The notes: generated by a model from the letters alone, not told the origin. A DNA stretch of 64,000 nucleotides from a bacterium (GCA_031082145.1 JAVHLP010000001.1:436883-500882); one strand, 5' to 3'. Positions 1 through 9,883 are shown, numbered from the stretch's first letter. A program made the numbers and translations.

Positions 1-609
1 GCGGCGGAGCAGGTAGGCGAAGCGACGTTCGTGCTTGCGACTCAGCTTGCGCTTCCAATCCCGCGGTTCGCGAACGAGGCATCCGTTGTACTCCTGAACG
101 CTCCGGCTGTACACGGCGTCCAGTTCGGCAAGGTGGGCCTCGGAGTCTGGATCCACCGGACAGGCGGACCAGCCGGAACTCCTACCCGGCAGCGAGGCCA
201 GGGGCAGGGTCACCTCAAGGGCCCTCCCGCCCACCTCCCAACCCAGCTTGCGGTAGAAGGCATGGGAGAACGGCCAGAGCAGGCTGAGGGCGTCGCCACT
301 CGCCCTGGCCTCCTCCAGCACTCCCCCCAACAGGGCCCGGCAGTAGCCACGGCGACGGTGCTCGGCCGGGGTGGCCACCCCGCCCAGGCCTACTTGAGGC
401 ACCCGATCGGGCCCCATCCAGGTATCCCGGCGCAGCAGGAAGAGCACTGCCACCAGGTCCCCCTCCACCGCCAGCACCCGGCTGTCCTCAAGCTCCGCCT
501 CGTCGGGGTTGAAACTCCCCGGGTCCATGTTCCAGGCCTGAACGTGGATACTGGTGAACCTGGGCATCTCGTCCGGAAGCACCCTGCGGATGACGCCGTT
601 CCCTGGCAA
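1..609 (-). CDS. Eis-like GNAT N-acetyltransferase (runs off window start; not in ORF track)
   Basis: Manual minus-strand translation from TTG at 609, just after the hemL stop and a GA-rich RBS, gives VGLGGVATPAEHRRRGYCRALL...LSLLWPFSHAFYRKLGWE: acetyl-CoA motif A and the Eis-type FYxxxG motif. Confidence 0.8.
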   Translation of the reverse strand, partial: MPGNGVIRRVLPDEMPRFTSIHVQAWNMDPGSFNPDEAELEDSRVLAVEGDLVAVLFLLRRDTWMGPDRVPQVGLGGVATPAEHRRRGYCRALLGGVLEEARASGDALSLLWPFSHAFYRKLGWEVGGRALEVTLPLASLPGRSSGWSACPVDPDSEAHLAELDAVYSRSVQEYNGCLVREPRDWKRKLSRKHERRFAYLLRR

Positions 610-610
610 G

Positions 611-1930
611 CTACTCGTCTCCTCTCTCCGCCAACCGGGCGAAAGCTGCCTCGGCCGACGCCAGCGTCTGCTCAACGTCTTCCCACCCGTGGGCGGTGGA
701 CACAAACCAGCACTCATAGGGAGAGGGCGCCAGCAGCACGCCCCGATCCAGCAGCAGCCGGAAGAAGCGGGCAAAGCGCCGGTGGTCGCCGGCCTCCGCC
801 GAGTCGAGATCGCGTACCCGGCCATCGCCAAAGAAGAGCGTAAACATAGAGCCCCGCCGGTTGATGGTGACCGGGATCCCCGCCGCCGCCGCCGACTCGG
901 TCAGGCCGGCAGCCAGAGCGGACGCCACCTCTTCGAGTCCTTCGTAGACGCCGGCGGTCTCGAGGGCAGCCAGGGTGGCCAGCCCGGCCGCCACCCCCAG
1001 GGGGTTGCCGGCATGAGTCCCCGCCTGGTAAGTGCGGCCCTCCGGGGCCAACCCGGACATGATCTCCCGGCGGCCGCCCACTGCGGCCAGCGGCAGGCCA
1101 CCCCCGATGATCTTACCCAGGCAGGTCAGATCGGGGCGCACCCCCAGGAGATCCTGGACCGCCCCGAAGTGGAAGCGGAAGCCGGTGATGACTTCGTCGA
1201 AGATCAGGACGGCGCCGCTGGCGGCGGTCAGGTGGCGCAACCCTTCCAGAAAGCCGGGTTCTGGATCCACCAGGCCCATGTTGCCGGCCACCGGCTCCAC
1301 CAGTACCGCCGCCACCTCGTCGCCGCACCGGTCGAAGAAACCCTTCACCGCTCCCAGGTCGTTATGCGGCAAGCTGGTGACCTCGGCAGCCGTAGCCGGG
1401 GTTACCCCGGCGCTGTCAGGCACGCCGACGCTGGCCGCTCCCGAACCGGCCCGCACCAGTACCGGGTCGCTGTGCCCGTGGTAGGCGCCGTCGAACTTCA
1501 CCACCCGACTCCGGCCGGTGTGGCCGCGGGCGAGTCGCAGGGCGGTCATGACGGCCTCGGTGCCCGTGGTGAGCAGCCGGATCAACTGCATGCTGGGCAC
1601 GGCCGCCTGCAGCCGCTCGGCCAGTTCGGTCTCGCCGGGGCTCGAGGTTCCCAGCAGGGGGCCCTGGGCGGCAGCGCGACTAACCGCCTCGACCACCCGG
1701 GGATGGGCGTGCCCCAGGATCAGGGGGCCGTAGCCCGCCAGGTAGTCGACGTAGGAATACCCGTCCACGTCCCAGACCCGGGAACCCCGGCCCTCCCGCA
1801 GCACCACTGGCGGTCCCCCGCCTACCTTGGCGAAGGCCCGGGCGGGGCTGTTCACACCCCCCGGGGTAACCTGCCGGGCCCGCTCGTGCTCGGCCAGCGA
1901 GCGGGGGCCGGGCCTCACCGACGGGAGCAT
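611..1930 (-). CDS. hemL: Glutamate-1-semialdehyde 2,1-aminomutase (class III PLP enzyme)
   Basis: PGGVNSPARAF, GTEAVM, YHGH, FDEVITGFR, LGKIIGGGLP (PLP lysine), QAGTHAGNP motifs. Confidence 0.9.
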   Translation of the reverse strand: MLPSVRPGPRSLAEHERARQVTPGGVNSPARAFAKVGGGPPVVLREGRGSRVWDVDGYSYVDYLAGYGPLILGHAHPRVVEAVSRAAAQGPLLGTSSPGETELAERLQAAVPSMQLIRLLTTGTEAVMTALRLARGHTGRSRVVKFDGAYHGHSDPVLVRAGSGAASVGVPDSAGVTPATAAEVTSLPHNDLGAVKGFFDRCGDEVAAVLVEPVAGNMGLVDPEPGFLEGLRHLTAASGAVLIFDEVITGFRFHFGAVQDLLGVRPDLTCLGKIIGGGLPLAAVGGRREIMSGLAPEGRTYQAGTHAGNPLGVAAGLATLAALETAGVYEGLEEVASALAAGLTESAAAAGIPVTINRRGSMFTLFFGDGRVRDLDSAEAGDHRRFARFFRLLLDRGVLLAPSPYECWFVSTAHGWEDVEQTLASAEAAFARLAERGDE

Positions 1931-2076
1931 CCTTTCACCTCCGATGACTCAAGTGCGTGCTTCCACCGGAGGATCGGGGGATCCTGCCTGACCCGGTCAT
2001 GTTGCTCAGCAGGGAGGAACCGCGATCGCCGAGAAACTGCTGGGTGCGGGCGGGTCCACCGTGGGGAGGGACAGTT

Positions 2077-3030
2077 GTGGAACACCGTCGTGGGGGCACC
2101 GTCCTGCCCCTCCTGGCCCTGACGGCCTGCGCCATGATCTGGGGAGGAACCTTCATCGCCGCCAAGGTGGCCCTACGCGAACTGGGTCCCCTCGCCCTGT
2201 CCCTGGCCCGCTTCCTGGTGGCAGTGGCCATCTTCATCCCCGTCGCGGCCTGGACGGCCCACCGGGGCAGCCGACCCACCCTTGGCGAGCTTCCCCTGCT
2301 GGCCTTGATGGGCTTCCTGGGCGTCGCCGCTTACTACCTGCTACAATTCGAGGCCTTGCAGCGGACCACCGCCACCAATGTATCGCTGCTGATCTCCCTC
2401 ACCCCAGTTTGGACCGTCCTGGTCGGCCGCTGGTGGCTGCGCGAAGGGGTAACGCCGAGGCAGGTGGCCGGCATGGCCGTAGCCCTGGCCGGGGCGGCCC
2501 TGGTAGCAACCGGAGGTCAAGTCCCCGGGCTCCGGCACGCCGATGACCTCGTGGGAGCGGGTCTGACCGTTCTGAACACCCTCGCCTGGGCCGTGTACAC
2601 GGCAGCCGGCCGCCGGCTGGTCTCCCGCCACGCCCCCCTGGCCCTCACTTCATGGGTGGTGATCCTCGGCACAGCGTTGCTCGTCCCGCCGGTCCTGGCC
2701 ACCGGGGCCTGGCGCGACCTCGCCGGGTTGGCCCCGGCAACCTGGGCCGCCGCCACTTACCTGGGCCTGTTAGGCACGGTTGCCGCCTACAGTCTCTGGC
2801 ACTGGGCGCTGGAGTCACTGCCGGCGGGCATCGCCGCTCCCTTCCTGTGGCTAATCCCCCTGGTAGCCATCGCTCTGGCCATACCCCTGCTGGGGGAGCG
2901 GCCACCGGCGGCAACCCTGGGCGGAGCCGCCGCCATCCTGACCGGCCTGGCGGTCCTGACCTGGGGCGGCCAGGGCCGGACGGCGACGGCCGCCAAGGCA
3001 CACGGCGGCGGCCGTCGCGAGAGGACCTGA
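2077..3030 (+). CDS. EamA/DMT family transporter
   Basis: IWGGTF...RF first repeat, about 10 hydrophobic segments, LLGE near the C-terminus; GTG start at 2077 after GGGAGG. Confidence 0.88.
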   Translation: MEHRRGGTVLPLLALTACAMIWGGTFIAAKVALRELGPLALSLARFLVAVAIFIPVAAWTAHRGSRPTLGELPLLALMGFLGVAAYYLLQFEALQRTTATNVSLLISLTPVWTVLVGRWWLREGVTPRQVAGMAVALAGAALVATGGQVPGLRHADDLVGAGLTVLNTLAWAVYTAAGRRLVSRHAPLALTSWVVILGTALLVPPVLATGAWRDLAGLAPATWAAATYLGLLGTVAAYSLWHWALESLPAGIAAPFLWLIPLVAIALAIPLLGERPPAATLGGAAAILTGLAVLTWGGQGRTATAAKAHGGGRRERT

Positions 3031-3089
3031 CTGACCTCGACGCTGCGGCAGGGATGCCGGTCGGGGCCGACGATTATGTCCGATAGAGG

Positions 3090-3689
3090 TCAGCGGGCGA
3101 AGACGTGACTGCCGATGCGCAGGATCACCGGCCGGCTGAAGATCCAGTGGTTGGTCGACCGGCCGGGATTGTAGAAATAGAGGGCACCCCGGCTCGGATC
3201 CCAACCCCCGGCTGCGTCCCGCGCCGCCCGAAGGGCCTCGGCCCCCGGCGGCCGCCAGATGGAACCGTTCATGACCGGCTGGAACTGCCCCGGCTGGAAG
3301 AGCACCCCCCGCAGGGTGTTGGGGAACAGCGGCGACCGGACGCGGTTGAGGATGACCCCCCCTACCGCCACCTTGCCCAGGTAAGGCTCACCCATCGCCT
3401 CGGCGTGGATCATCTGCGCCAACAGGTGCTCATCCTCGCTGGTCCTGACCGGAGCCGCAGGAGCGGCCGAACCCCGGGGCACGACGAGTACCTGGCCCGC
3501 GATGATCCGATCCGATTGCAACCCATTGTCCCGCATCAGTTGGGTGGCGCTGACGCCGAAACGTTGGCCTAGCTTGAAGAGGGAATCACCTCTGACCACG
3601 GTGTAGTTGAACGACGCGGCTGTTGCCGGCCCCTGCAGCAGGAACAGGAACGCGGCGGCGGCAACAACCCTGATCCAGTTCCGGCTCAA
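3090..3689 (-). CDS. Secreted LysM + SleB/CwlJ-type cell wall hydrolase (1 LysM)
   Basis: Signal peptide, YTVVRGDSL LysM, LLAQMIHAEAMGEPYLGKVAVGGVILNRV, GALYFYNP, IGSHVF. Confidence 0.9.
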   Translation of the reverse strand: MSRNWIRVVAAAAFLFLLQGPATAASFNYTVVRGDSLFKLGQRFGVSATQLMRDNGLQSDRIIAGQVLVVPRGSAAPAAPVRTSEDEHLLAQMIHAEAMGEPYLGKVAVGGVILNRVRSPLFPNTLRGVLFQPGQFQPVMNGSIWRPPGAEALRAARDAAGGWDPSRGALYFYNPGRSTNHWIFSRPVILRIGSHVFAR

Positions 3690-3719
3690 CTTGACCAGCC
3701 CCCTTTCGGACCGACGTCC

Positions 3720-3748
3720 ATTCTACCAGAACAGGCGGCAGCCGCCAA
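3720..3748 (-). promoter_or_regulatory. sigmaA-like promoter TTGGCG-N17-TAGAAT
   Basis: Seen upstream of 3689; identical hexamers and spacing occur upstream of the paralog. Confidence 0.6.
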
Positions 3749-3900
3749 CTCGGGCTCAGTCCAGCTAAACAGGGGTTCGGGGCGTTGCTCCGCTGGAAGG
3801 GGGAGGATCGGCGGACCGATCGGAATCCGAGCCCGGCCCGCGCTCTCAGGCAAGTATACCAGTGGAAGGAAACGTCGGGGCCGGATCGCGGCGACTGCCG

Positions 3901-4647
3901 CTAGCGACAGAACAGGTGGTTTCCGATGCGGAGGATCACCGGAAGGGTCACGATCCACCTGCTTGTTGACTTGTCAGGATTGTAGAAGTAGAGTGCGCCC
4001 TGACTCGGGTCCCAGCCGCCGGCGGCGTCCCCGGCCGCCTGTAGGGCCTTCGTTCCCGGAGGTCGCCAGAACCAGCCGTTCATGACCGGCTCGAACTGCC
4101 GGGGCTGGAACAGGACCTCCCACAGGGTGTTGGGGAAGAGCGGGGACCGGATCCGGTTGAGGATGACCGCCCCCACTGCGACCATGCCCAGGTAGGGTTC
4201 ACCGTCCGCCTCGGCGTGGATCATCTGCGCCAGCAACCGCATGTCCCCGTCGGTTCGGATGAGCGAGGAGGTGGCCGGACTCCTTTCGGGGATGGCCAGG
4301 ACCTGGCCGGCCTGGATCTGGTCTGACCGCAACACGTTGGCCTGCTTGAGTGCGTCCACAGTGGTCCCGTAGTGCCTGGCCAGGAGGAACAGGCTATCGC
4401 CGGGCCGGACGGTGTGGCTCTGGCCGGGAACTCGCAGCACCTGCCCGACCACTATCTGGTCCGACCGCAGGCCGTTGAGGGAGATCAACTCAGCGGCGGT
4501 GACGCCAAAGCGCTGGCCCAGCTTGTACAGTGAGTCACCGGGAGCGACGGTGTAGGGCAGTTGAGCGGCCACGGCCGGCCCCTGAAAGAGCAAGATCAGA
4601 CCGCAGACGGCCACAATCCTGGTGAACCCAGTCCGCAAGACCCTCAA
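3901..4647 (-). CDS. Secreted LysM + SleB/CwlJ-type cell wall hydrolase (2 LysM), tandem paralog
   Basis: Two LysM repeats (YTVAPGDSL, HTVRPGDSL), then a catalytic domain closely similar to 3090..3689. Confidence 0.9.
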   Translation of the reverse strand: MRVLRTGFTRIVAVCGLILLFQGPAVAAQLPYTVAPGDSLYKLGQRFGVTAAELISLNGLRSDQIVVGQVLRVPGQSHTVRPGDSLFLLARHYGTTVDALKQANVLRSDQIQAGQVLAIPERSPATSSLIRTDGDMRLLAQMIHAEADGEPYLGMVAVGAVILNRIRSPLFPNTLWEVLFQPRQFEPVMNGWFWRPPGTKALQAAGDAAGGWDPSQGALYFYNPDKSTSRWIVTLPVILRIGNHLFCR

Positions 4648-4670
4648 CCTCCCCCGCCATGCTTGTCTCC

Positions 4671-4699
4671 ATTCTAGCGGCGGCGGTGCCAGTCGCCAA
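4671..4699 (-). promoter_or_regulatory. sigmaA-like promoter TTGGCG-N17-TAGAAT
   Basis: Seen upstream of 4647, followed by a GGGGGAGG RBS. Confidence 0.6.
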
Positions 4700-4910
4700 C
4701 GCTGGCAATCCCAACTAGGTGAGGATATTGGGCCGGGGCCGGGCTGGAAACCACAGAGCTGGAAAGGTTGGCAGCGTGATGGCGAATTGCTCGGCCTCCG
4801 GCAACTATGCCAGCGGGAGGAAGCGTTGGCGATCTCGTGGAAGAAGAAGGCCAGTGACCGCTGGGAGGAACCGCTGTGAAGGTCATGAGCCCTGCCTGCG
4901 GGGTTCCCGG

Positions 4911-6218
4911 GTGAGCCGGAGGCGGGCGGGAGCGGTCTGGTATGCAGGCGGGGCGCTGTCCTCGGCTCTCCTCTACCAGACCTTCGCTACCTATGCGGCT
5001 TTCTACTACATAGACCACTTGCAGGTCCCGGCCGCCGCAATCGGGACCGGCATGGCCGCTTTCGGCATCTGGAACGCGGCCAATGACCTGCTCATCGGCT
5101 ACTGGTCAGACCGGACCCGGACCCGCTGGGGACGCCGGCGGCCCTTCATGTTCGCCGGCACGCTGCCCCTTTGTCTCGTGTTTGCCTGCTTGTGGTCGCC
5201 GCCGGGAGCGCTGACCACCACCCGTTTGTTCGCCTGGTTCCTGGTCAGCGCCTTTCTGTTTGACTTCTTCTATACCATGGTCGTCCTCAACTGGGCGGCC
5301 CTCTTCCCGGAAGTCGCCCGTGATCTGAACGAGCGAGCCCCGCTGGCCGCGGTCCGTCACTGCTTCCGCATCGCCGGCACGGTTGCCGCGGTGGCCGCGA
5401 CGCCCCTGCTCTACGCAAGCATCGGCTGGGCCGGTATGGGGCTTCTGTTCGCGGCCGTCTCGGCGGTCTTTCTCTTCCTGTCAGCCTGGGGGGCGGCCGA
5501 GCGGCCCGAGTTCAGCCAGGGAGAACCCCTGGCACCGGGCCCGGCTTTGCGGCACACCCTTTTCAACCGGGCCTTCCTCACCTTCATGGCCGCCAACCTG
5601 GCGGTCAACTTCACGTTCGTGGCCATGTCCACAACCTTCCCCTTCTACGCCAAGTACGCCCTGGGCCTCACCGAGGGCCAGACCTCGGCCCTGCTGGCCC
5701 TCCTGTTCATGGTGGCCTTCTCGCTGGTCTACCCGTGGGGCCGGTGGGCCGTCCGGCGGGGGACGCGACCGGTGGCCCTCGCCGCCGTGAGCGCGTTCGG
5801 GCTGGCCCTGGTACCCTTCGGACTCGCCCGGGGCTTTCTGGACGGGCTGGGGGCGGCCGTGGCGGCCGGGGCAACCCTGGCCGGCGTCATTGTCCTTTTC
5901 GATCTCTTGCTGGCCGAGGTGGTCGACGATGACGCGATCCGCACCGGCCTCCGGCGGGAGGGCATGTACTACGGCGTGAACGGCGTCCTCATCCGGCTGG
6001 GAGTGTCCCTGCAAGCGATAGTCATGGGCGGTGTCCTTAGCCTGACCGGATACGACCCCGCCCTGGGGGTGGGATCCCAGCCCTTGGCCACCCTGGTCGG
6101 ACTCCGCCTCATGCTCAGCGGGCTACCCGTGGTAGCCTTGGCCGTCGCCGCGCTAGCGCTCACGGCCTATCCGTTGCGCGGTACCCGGGAGCATGTTGTC
6201 TCGACGGTGGAGAAGTGA
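4911..6218 (+). CDS. MFS transporter, GPH/MelB-like family
   Basis: WNAANDLLIGYWSDRTRTRWGRRRPF and DDDAIRTGLRREGMYYG signatures; start estimated. Confidence 0.87.
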   Translation: MSRRRAGAVWYAGGALSSALLYQTFATYAAFYYIDHLQVPAAAIGTGMAAFGIWNAANDLLIGYWSDRTRTRWGRRRPFMFAGTLPLCLVFACLWSPPGALTTTRLFAWFLVSAFLFDFFYTMVVLNWAALFPEVARDLNERAPLAAVRHCFRIAGTVAAVAATPLLYASIGWAGMGLLFAAVSAVFLFLSAWGAAERPEFSQGEPLAPGPALRHTLFNRAFLTFMAANLAVNFTFVAMSTTFPFYAKYALGLTEGQTSALLALLFMVAFSLVYPWGRWAVRRGTRPVALAAVSAFGLALVPFGLARGFLDGLGAAVAAGATLAGVIVLFDLLLAEVVDDDAIRTGLRREGMYYGVNGVLIRLGVSLQAIVMGGVLSLTGYDPALGVGSQPLATLVGLRLMLSGLPVVALAVAALALTAYPLRGTREHVVSTVEK

Positions 6219-6306
6219 AGGCGCCGGCGCTGGCTGCCGCGAATCCAGGAAGGCGTCCCCGTGGCGTCGCCGGGGGGACATCCGGCGGGACAAGAGGAGG
6301 TAGATC

Positions 6307-6954
6307 GTGGAGCACTTCTATGCCGAGATGTACCGGGTGGTGTACGAGGGGGAAGTGGACGCCGCCGGCCCGGCGGCCGAGCGAGCGCTGGCCGCCGGTC
6401 TCGACCCCCTGGAATGCGTCAACCGGGGCTTCATGCGGGCCCTGGAGCAGGTGGGCCGGGAGTTCGGGGCCGGCGACAAGTTCCTGCCCGAGTTGGTGGC
6501 GGCCGGTGAGGCCGTACAGCGAGCCCTGGCCGTGCTACAACCCCGGCTGCAGGAGAGCGGGATCCGGCGCGAGAGCCTGGGTCTGGTGCTCCTGGGCACG
6601 GTGGAGGGGGACATCCATGAGATTGGCAAGCGAATCGTGGGCGCCTTGTTGGCCGCGGCAGGCTTCGAAGTCGTCGATCTGGGAGTTGACGTACCCGCAG
6701 CCCGCTTCTTGGAGCGGGCGAGGGAGTTGAGGCCGGCCATCGTTGGGATGTCGGCCTTGCTCACCACCACCATGGTCCGGCAGCGGGAGGTAATCGCCGC
6801 CCTCCGCCGGGAGAACGTGCCCGCCCGGGTGATGGTGGGCGGAGCCCCTGTCACCCCCTCCTGGGCGGAGGAGATCGGGGCCGACGGGTATGCCGAGGAT
6901 GCCAGCGCCGCGGTGGATCTGGCCCGGCAACTGGTGGGTGGTGGGAAGCAGTGA
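6307..6954 (+). CDS. Methyltransferase cognate corrinoid protein (MttC/MtgC-like)
   Basis: GTVEGDIHEIGK (DxHxxG), SALLTTT, VMVGGAPV B12-binding motifs. Confidence 0.93.
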   Translation: MEHFYAEMYRVVYEGEVDAAGPAAERALAAGLDPLECVNRGFMRALEQVGREFGAGDKFLPELVAAGEAVQRALAVLQPRLQESGIRRESLGLVLLGTVEGDIHEIGKRIVGALLAAAGFEVVDLGVDVPAARFLERARELRPAIVGMSALLTTTMVRQREVIAALRRENVPARVMVGGAPVTPSWAEEIGADGYAEDASAAVDLARQLVGGGKQ

Positions 6955-8435
6955 GCAGGCTCCATCCCCGGCGGTCCGTCCGGCCCATCCGGCCCCGGCT
7001 GTCGCTGGACATCCTGACCGGAAAAGACGTCCAGGCCATTCACGAGGCCGCCCTGCGAGTGCTCTCCGAGACCGGTGTGCGCTTCCCCTCAGACCGGGCC
7101 CTGGGCATCCTGGCCGATGCCGGCTGCGAGGTGGATCACGGCCGCCAGGTCGCCCGGATCCCCCCCGACGTGGCCATGGCCGCCATCGGCCGGGCCCCCC
7201 GTCGCTTCGCCCTGGGAGCCCGCGACCCGGCCGACACGCTGGATCTCGATGGCGAGCACTGCTACCTCTCAACCGACGGCTGTGGCATAGAAGTCTACGA
7301 CCTGGAGACCGGCGAGCGGCGCCGGTCCACCCGTGACGACGTCTACCGCTCGGCGGTGGTAGCCGACTACCTGGACGCCATCGCCTTCTACTGGGGACCG
7401 ACGGTGAGCGCCCAGGACGTCCCGCCCAGCACTCGCCCGCTCCACGAACTGGAGGCCGCCTTTCTGGGAACCTCCAAACACGTGCAACCGGAGACTATCC
7501 TCTCCGCCCCGGTGGCCCGCTGGTGCGTGGAGATGGCCTTGGCTGAAGTGGGAACAACCGCCGAGCTGCGCCGGCGTCCCATCTTCTCGGTCATGCAGTG
7601 TGCCGTGGACCCCCTAGGCCAGGACGGGGGCAGCCTGGAGGCATCCCTGGTGGCAGCGGCGCACGGCATACCCACCGGGTTCATGCCCATGCCGATGTCG
7701 TGCGCCACCGCCCCCGCCACCGTGGCCGGCAACCTGGTGGTCACCACCGTCGACGCCCTCGCCCCGCTCATTCTCATCCAGTTGGCCCATCCCGGGGCCC
7801 CGGTCTTCTTCGCCGCCGCCCCGACGGTCATGGACCTTCGAACCGGCGGCTACACCGGCGGCTCGCCGGAGGACTACCTCCTGGGCGGCGCCTTCAACCA
7901 GATCTGCCGGTTCTACGGGCTGCCCCTCTCCATGGGGGCCATGGCCACCGGGGCCAAGCGGCCGGACTGGCAGGCGGCTCTGGACAACAGCTTCTCCACC
8001 CTCCTGCCGGTGCTCACGGGGACGGCCATGCTGACCGGCGCGGGTATGCTCAACGGCTCTAAGATCCTCTCCTACCAGCAGCTCGTCATGGACTCGGAGA
8101 TCTACTCGGTGGTAGCCAAGGTTGCCGAAGGCATTCGGGTGGACGCCGAAACCCTGGCCGTGGAGACCATCCAGCGCGTGGGCCCGGAAGGTAACTACCT
8201 GGCCCAGCCCCACACCCTGCGTCACCTGGGCGACATCTGGCGCCCCACGGTGGTCGACCGCTCACCCTACGAGGCTTGGGAGCAGGGGGGCGGCCGGGGA
8301 GCTTACGATGTGGCGGCTGACCTGGCCCGAGACATCCTGGCCGGGCACCGGCCGCGGGAAGTGGAGCCCGCCGTACGCCGGGAGTGGCAGCGGATCCTGG
8401 CCGCGGCCGGGCGTGAACTGGAGGCAACGGGATGA
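6951..8435 (+). CDS. Trimethylamine methyltransferase (MttB) superfamily, non-pyrrolysine
   Basis: IHEAALRVLSETGV, TAPATVAG, QLAHPGAP, GPEGNYL...HT family motifs; no in-frame TAG. Confidence 0.9.
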   Translation: MSRLHPRRSVRPIRPRLSLDILTGKDVQAIHEAALRVLSETGVRFPSDRALGILADAGCEVDHGRQVARIPPDVAMAAIGRAPRRFALGARDPADTLDLDGEHCYLSTDGCGIEVYDLETGERRRSTRDDVYRSAVVADYLDAIAFYWGPTVSAQDVPPSTRPLHELEAAFLGTSKHVQPETILSAPVARWCVEMALAEVGTTAELRRRPIFSVMQCAVDPLGQDGGSLEASLVAAAHGIPTGFMPMPMSCATAPATVAGNLVVTTVDALAPLILIQLAHPGAPVFFAAAPTVMDLRTGGYTGGSPEDYLLGGAFNQICRFYGLPLSMGAMATGAKRPDWQAALDNSFSTLLPVLTGTAMLTGAGMLNGSKILSYQQLVMDSEIYSVVAKVAEGIRVDAETLAVETIQRVGPEGNYLAQPHTLRHLGDIWRPTVVDRSPYEAWEQGGGRGAYDVAADLARDILAGHRPREVEPAVRREWQRILAAAGRELEATG

Positions 8436-9883
8436 GCCGCTTTCAAGTCCTGTCCGAAGCGGACCTGGCGCGGATCCACGCCGCCGCCCTCCGCCTACTG
8501 GATCGAGTGGGAGTGTTGGTGGACGCCCCCGTGGTCGACCTGCTCGCCCGGGCCGGCGCTCGAGTAGAAGGGAACCGGGTGCGCTTCCCGCCCCGACTGG
8601 TAGCCGACGCACTGGCCTCCGCCCCGGCCCGGGTCCAGCTTTACGACGGCGCCGGCCGGTTGGTTGTCAGCCTGGGGGGCGAGAAAACCTGCTTCAACCC
8701 AGGCTCCTGTGCCACCCGCTTCCTGGGGCCGGACGGCGCCGTCCGCGAATCCCGGGCGGCCGACCTGGAGACCCTGCTGGCCCTCAACAACACCCTCGAG
8801 CATCTACCGCTGCAATCCACGGCCCTGGTGTGTCACGACGTCCCCCGGGTGGTGGGCGACAGTTACCGCTTATGGGTGGCCCTTGGGGTCTCCCCCAAGC
8901 CGGTCGTCACCGGCGCTTTCAGCGCCGAAGGCCTGGCCGACATGCACGAACTCCTGGTGGCGGCGGCGGGGTCGGCGGCCGATCTGGCCGCCCGCCCGCG
9001 GGCCGTCTTCGACGTCTGCCCGTCGCCGCCGCTGAAGTGGGCCCAACCCGCCGCCATGAACATCGTCGACGCCGCCCGGGCCGGCCTCCCGCTCAACTTC
9101 ATCTCCATGCCCATGCCGGGGGCTGCCTCGCCGGTCACCCTGGCCGGTTCGCTGCTCCAGCACACGGCGGAGAACCTGAGCGGGCTGGTGCTGGCCCAGG
9201 TGGCAAGGCCGGGATCTCCTGTGATCTGGGGCGGGGCGCCGGTGGTCTTCGACATGAGGCACGGCACCTCGGCGCTGGCGGCGATCGAAGCCACCATGAT
9301 GGGGATTGCCGCCGCCCAGATGGGCGCCTGGCACTGCCTTCCCACCCACACCTACGCCGCCCTCAGCGATGCCAAGGTGGTCGACGCCCAGGCGGGCGCC
9401 GAGACGGCCCCGGGCGCCGTCCTGACCGTCTTGGCCGGGGTGAGCCTGGTGTCCGGGCCCGGCTTGCTGGAGTTCGCCCTCACCCAGAGCCTGGAGAAGC
9501 TGGTCCTGGATAATGCCATCTGCGGGCAGGCCCTGCGCCTGGCCCGGGGCATCCGCCTGGACGACGAAGCCCTGGCCGAGGACTTGTTGGCCAGGCTCGG
9601 CCCCGGCGGCGACTTCCTCGCCGACGCCCATACCCGCCGGCACTTCCGGTCCGAGTTCGACCTGCCGGGCCCCACCCTGGACCGGCGGGACCGCCGGGCC
9701 TGGACCGAAGCGGGAGCGCTGGGCAGTTGGGAGCGAGCCGGGGAGGAAGTACGGGCGCGGCTGGCCGGGGTGGTCCAGCGCCGGCAGGGCCATCACCTGG
9801 AGGCGCTGGACCAGGCCATGGCGGAGGTCCTGCGCCGCCGCAGCCTGGAGCCCCCCGCGCACTTCCGGGCGCTCTCCGCCTGA
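8432..9883 (+). CDS. Second MttB superfamily protein, non-pyrrolysine
   Basis: IHAAALRLLDRVGV, SPPLKW, SPVTLAGSL, SDAKVVDAQAGAE, GPGGDFL..HT motifs. Confidence 0.9.
   Translation: MSRFQVLSEADLARIHAAALRLLDRVGVLVDAPVVDLLARAGARVEGNRVRFPPRLVADALASAPARVQLYDGAGRLVVSLGGEKTCFNPGSCATRFLGPDGAVRESRAADLETLLALNNTLEHLPLQSTALVCHDVPRVVGDSYRLWVALGVSPKPVVTGAFSAEGLADMHELLVAAAGSAADLAARPRAVFDVCPSPPLKWAQPAAMNIVDAARAGLPLNFISMPMPGAASPVTLAGSLLQHTAENLSGLVLAQVARPGSPVIWGGAPVVFDMRHGTSALAAIEATMMGIAAAQMGAWHCLPTHTYAALSDAKVVDAQAGAETAPGAVLTVLAGVSLVSGPGLLEFALTQSLEKLVLDNAICGQALRLARGIRLDDEALAEDLLARLGPGGDFLADAHTRRHFRSEFDLPGPTLDRRDRRAWTEAGALGSWERAGEEVRARLAGVVQRRQGHHLEALDQAMAEVLRRRSLEPPAHFRALSA

Noticed and set aside
3750-3900. 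c-di-AMP (ydaO) riboswitch before the LysM hydrolase
   Set aside because: Only a weak GAACCC...AGCU echo; other conserved elements are missing, and a promoter lies downstream of it.
6951-9883. Pyrrolysine recoding in the MttB genes
   Set aside because: Both ORFs are open and full length with no in-frame TAG.
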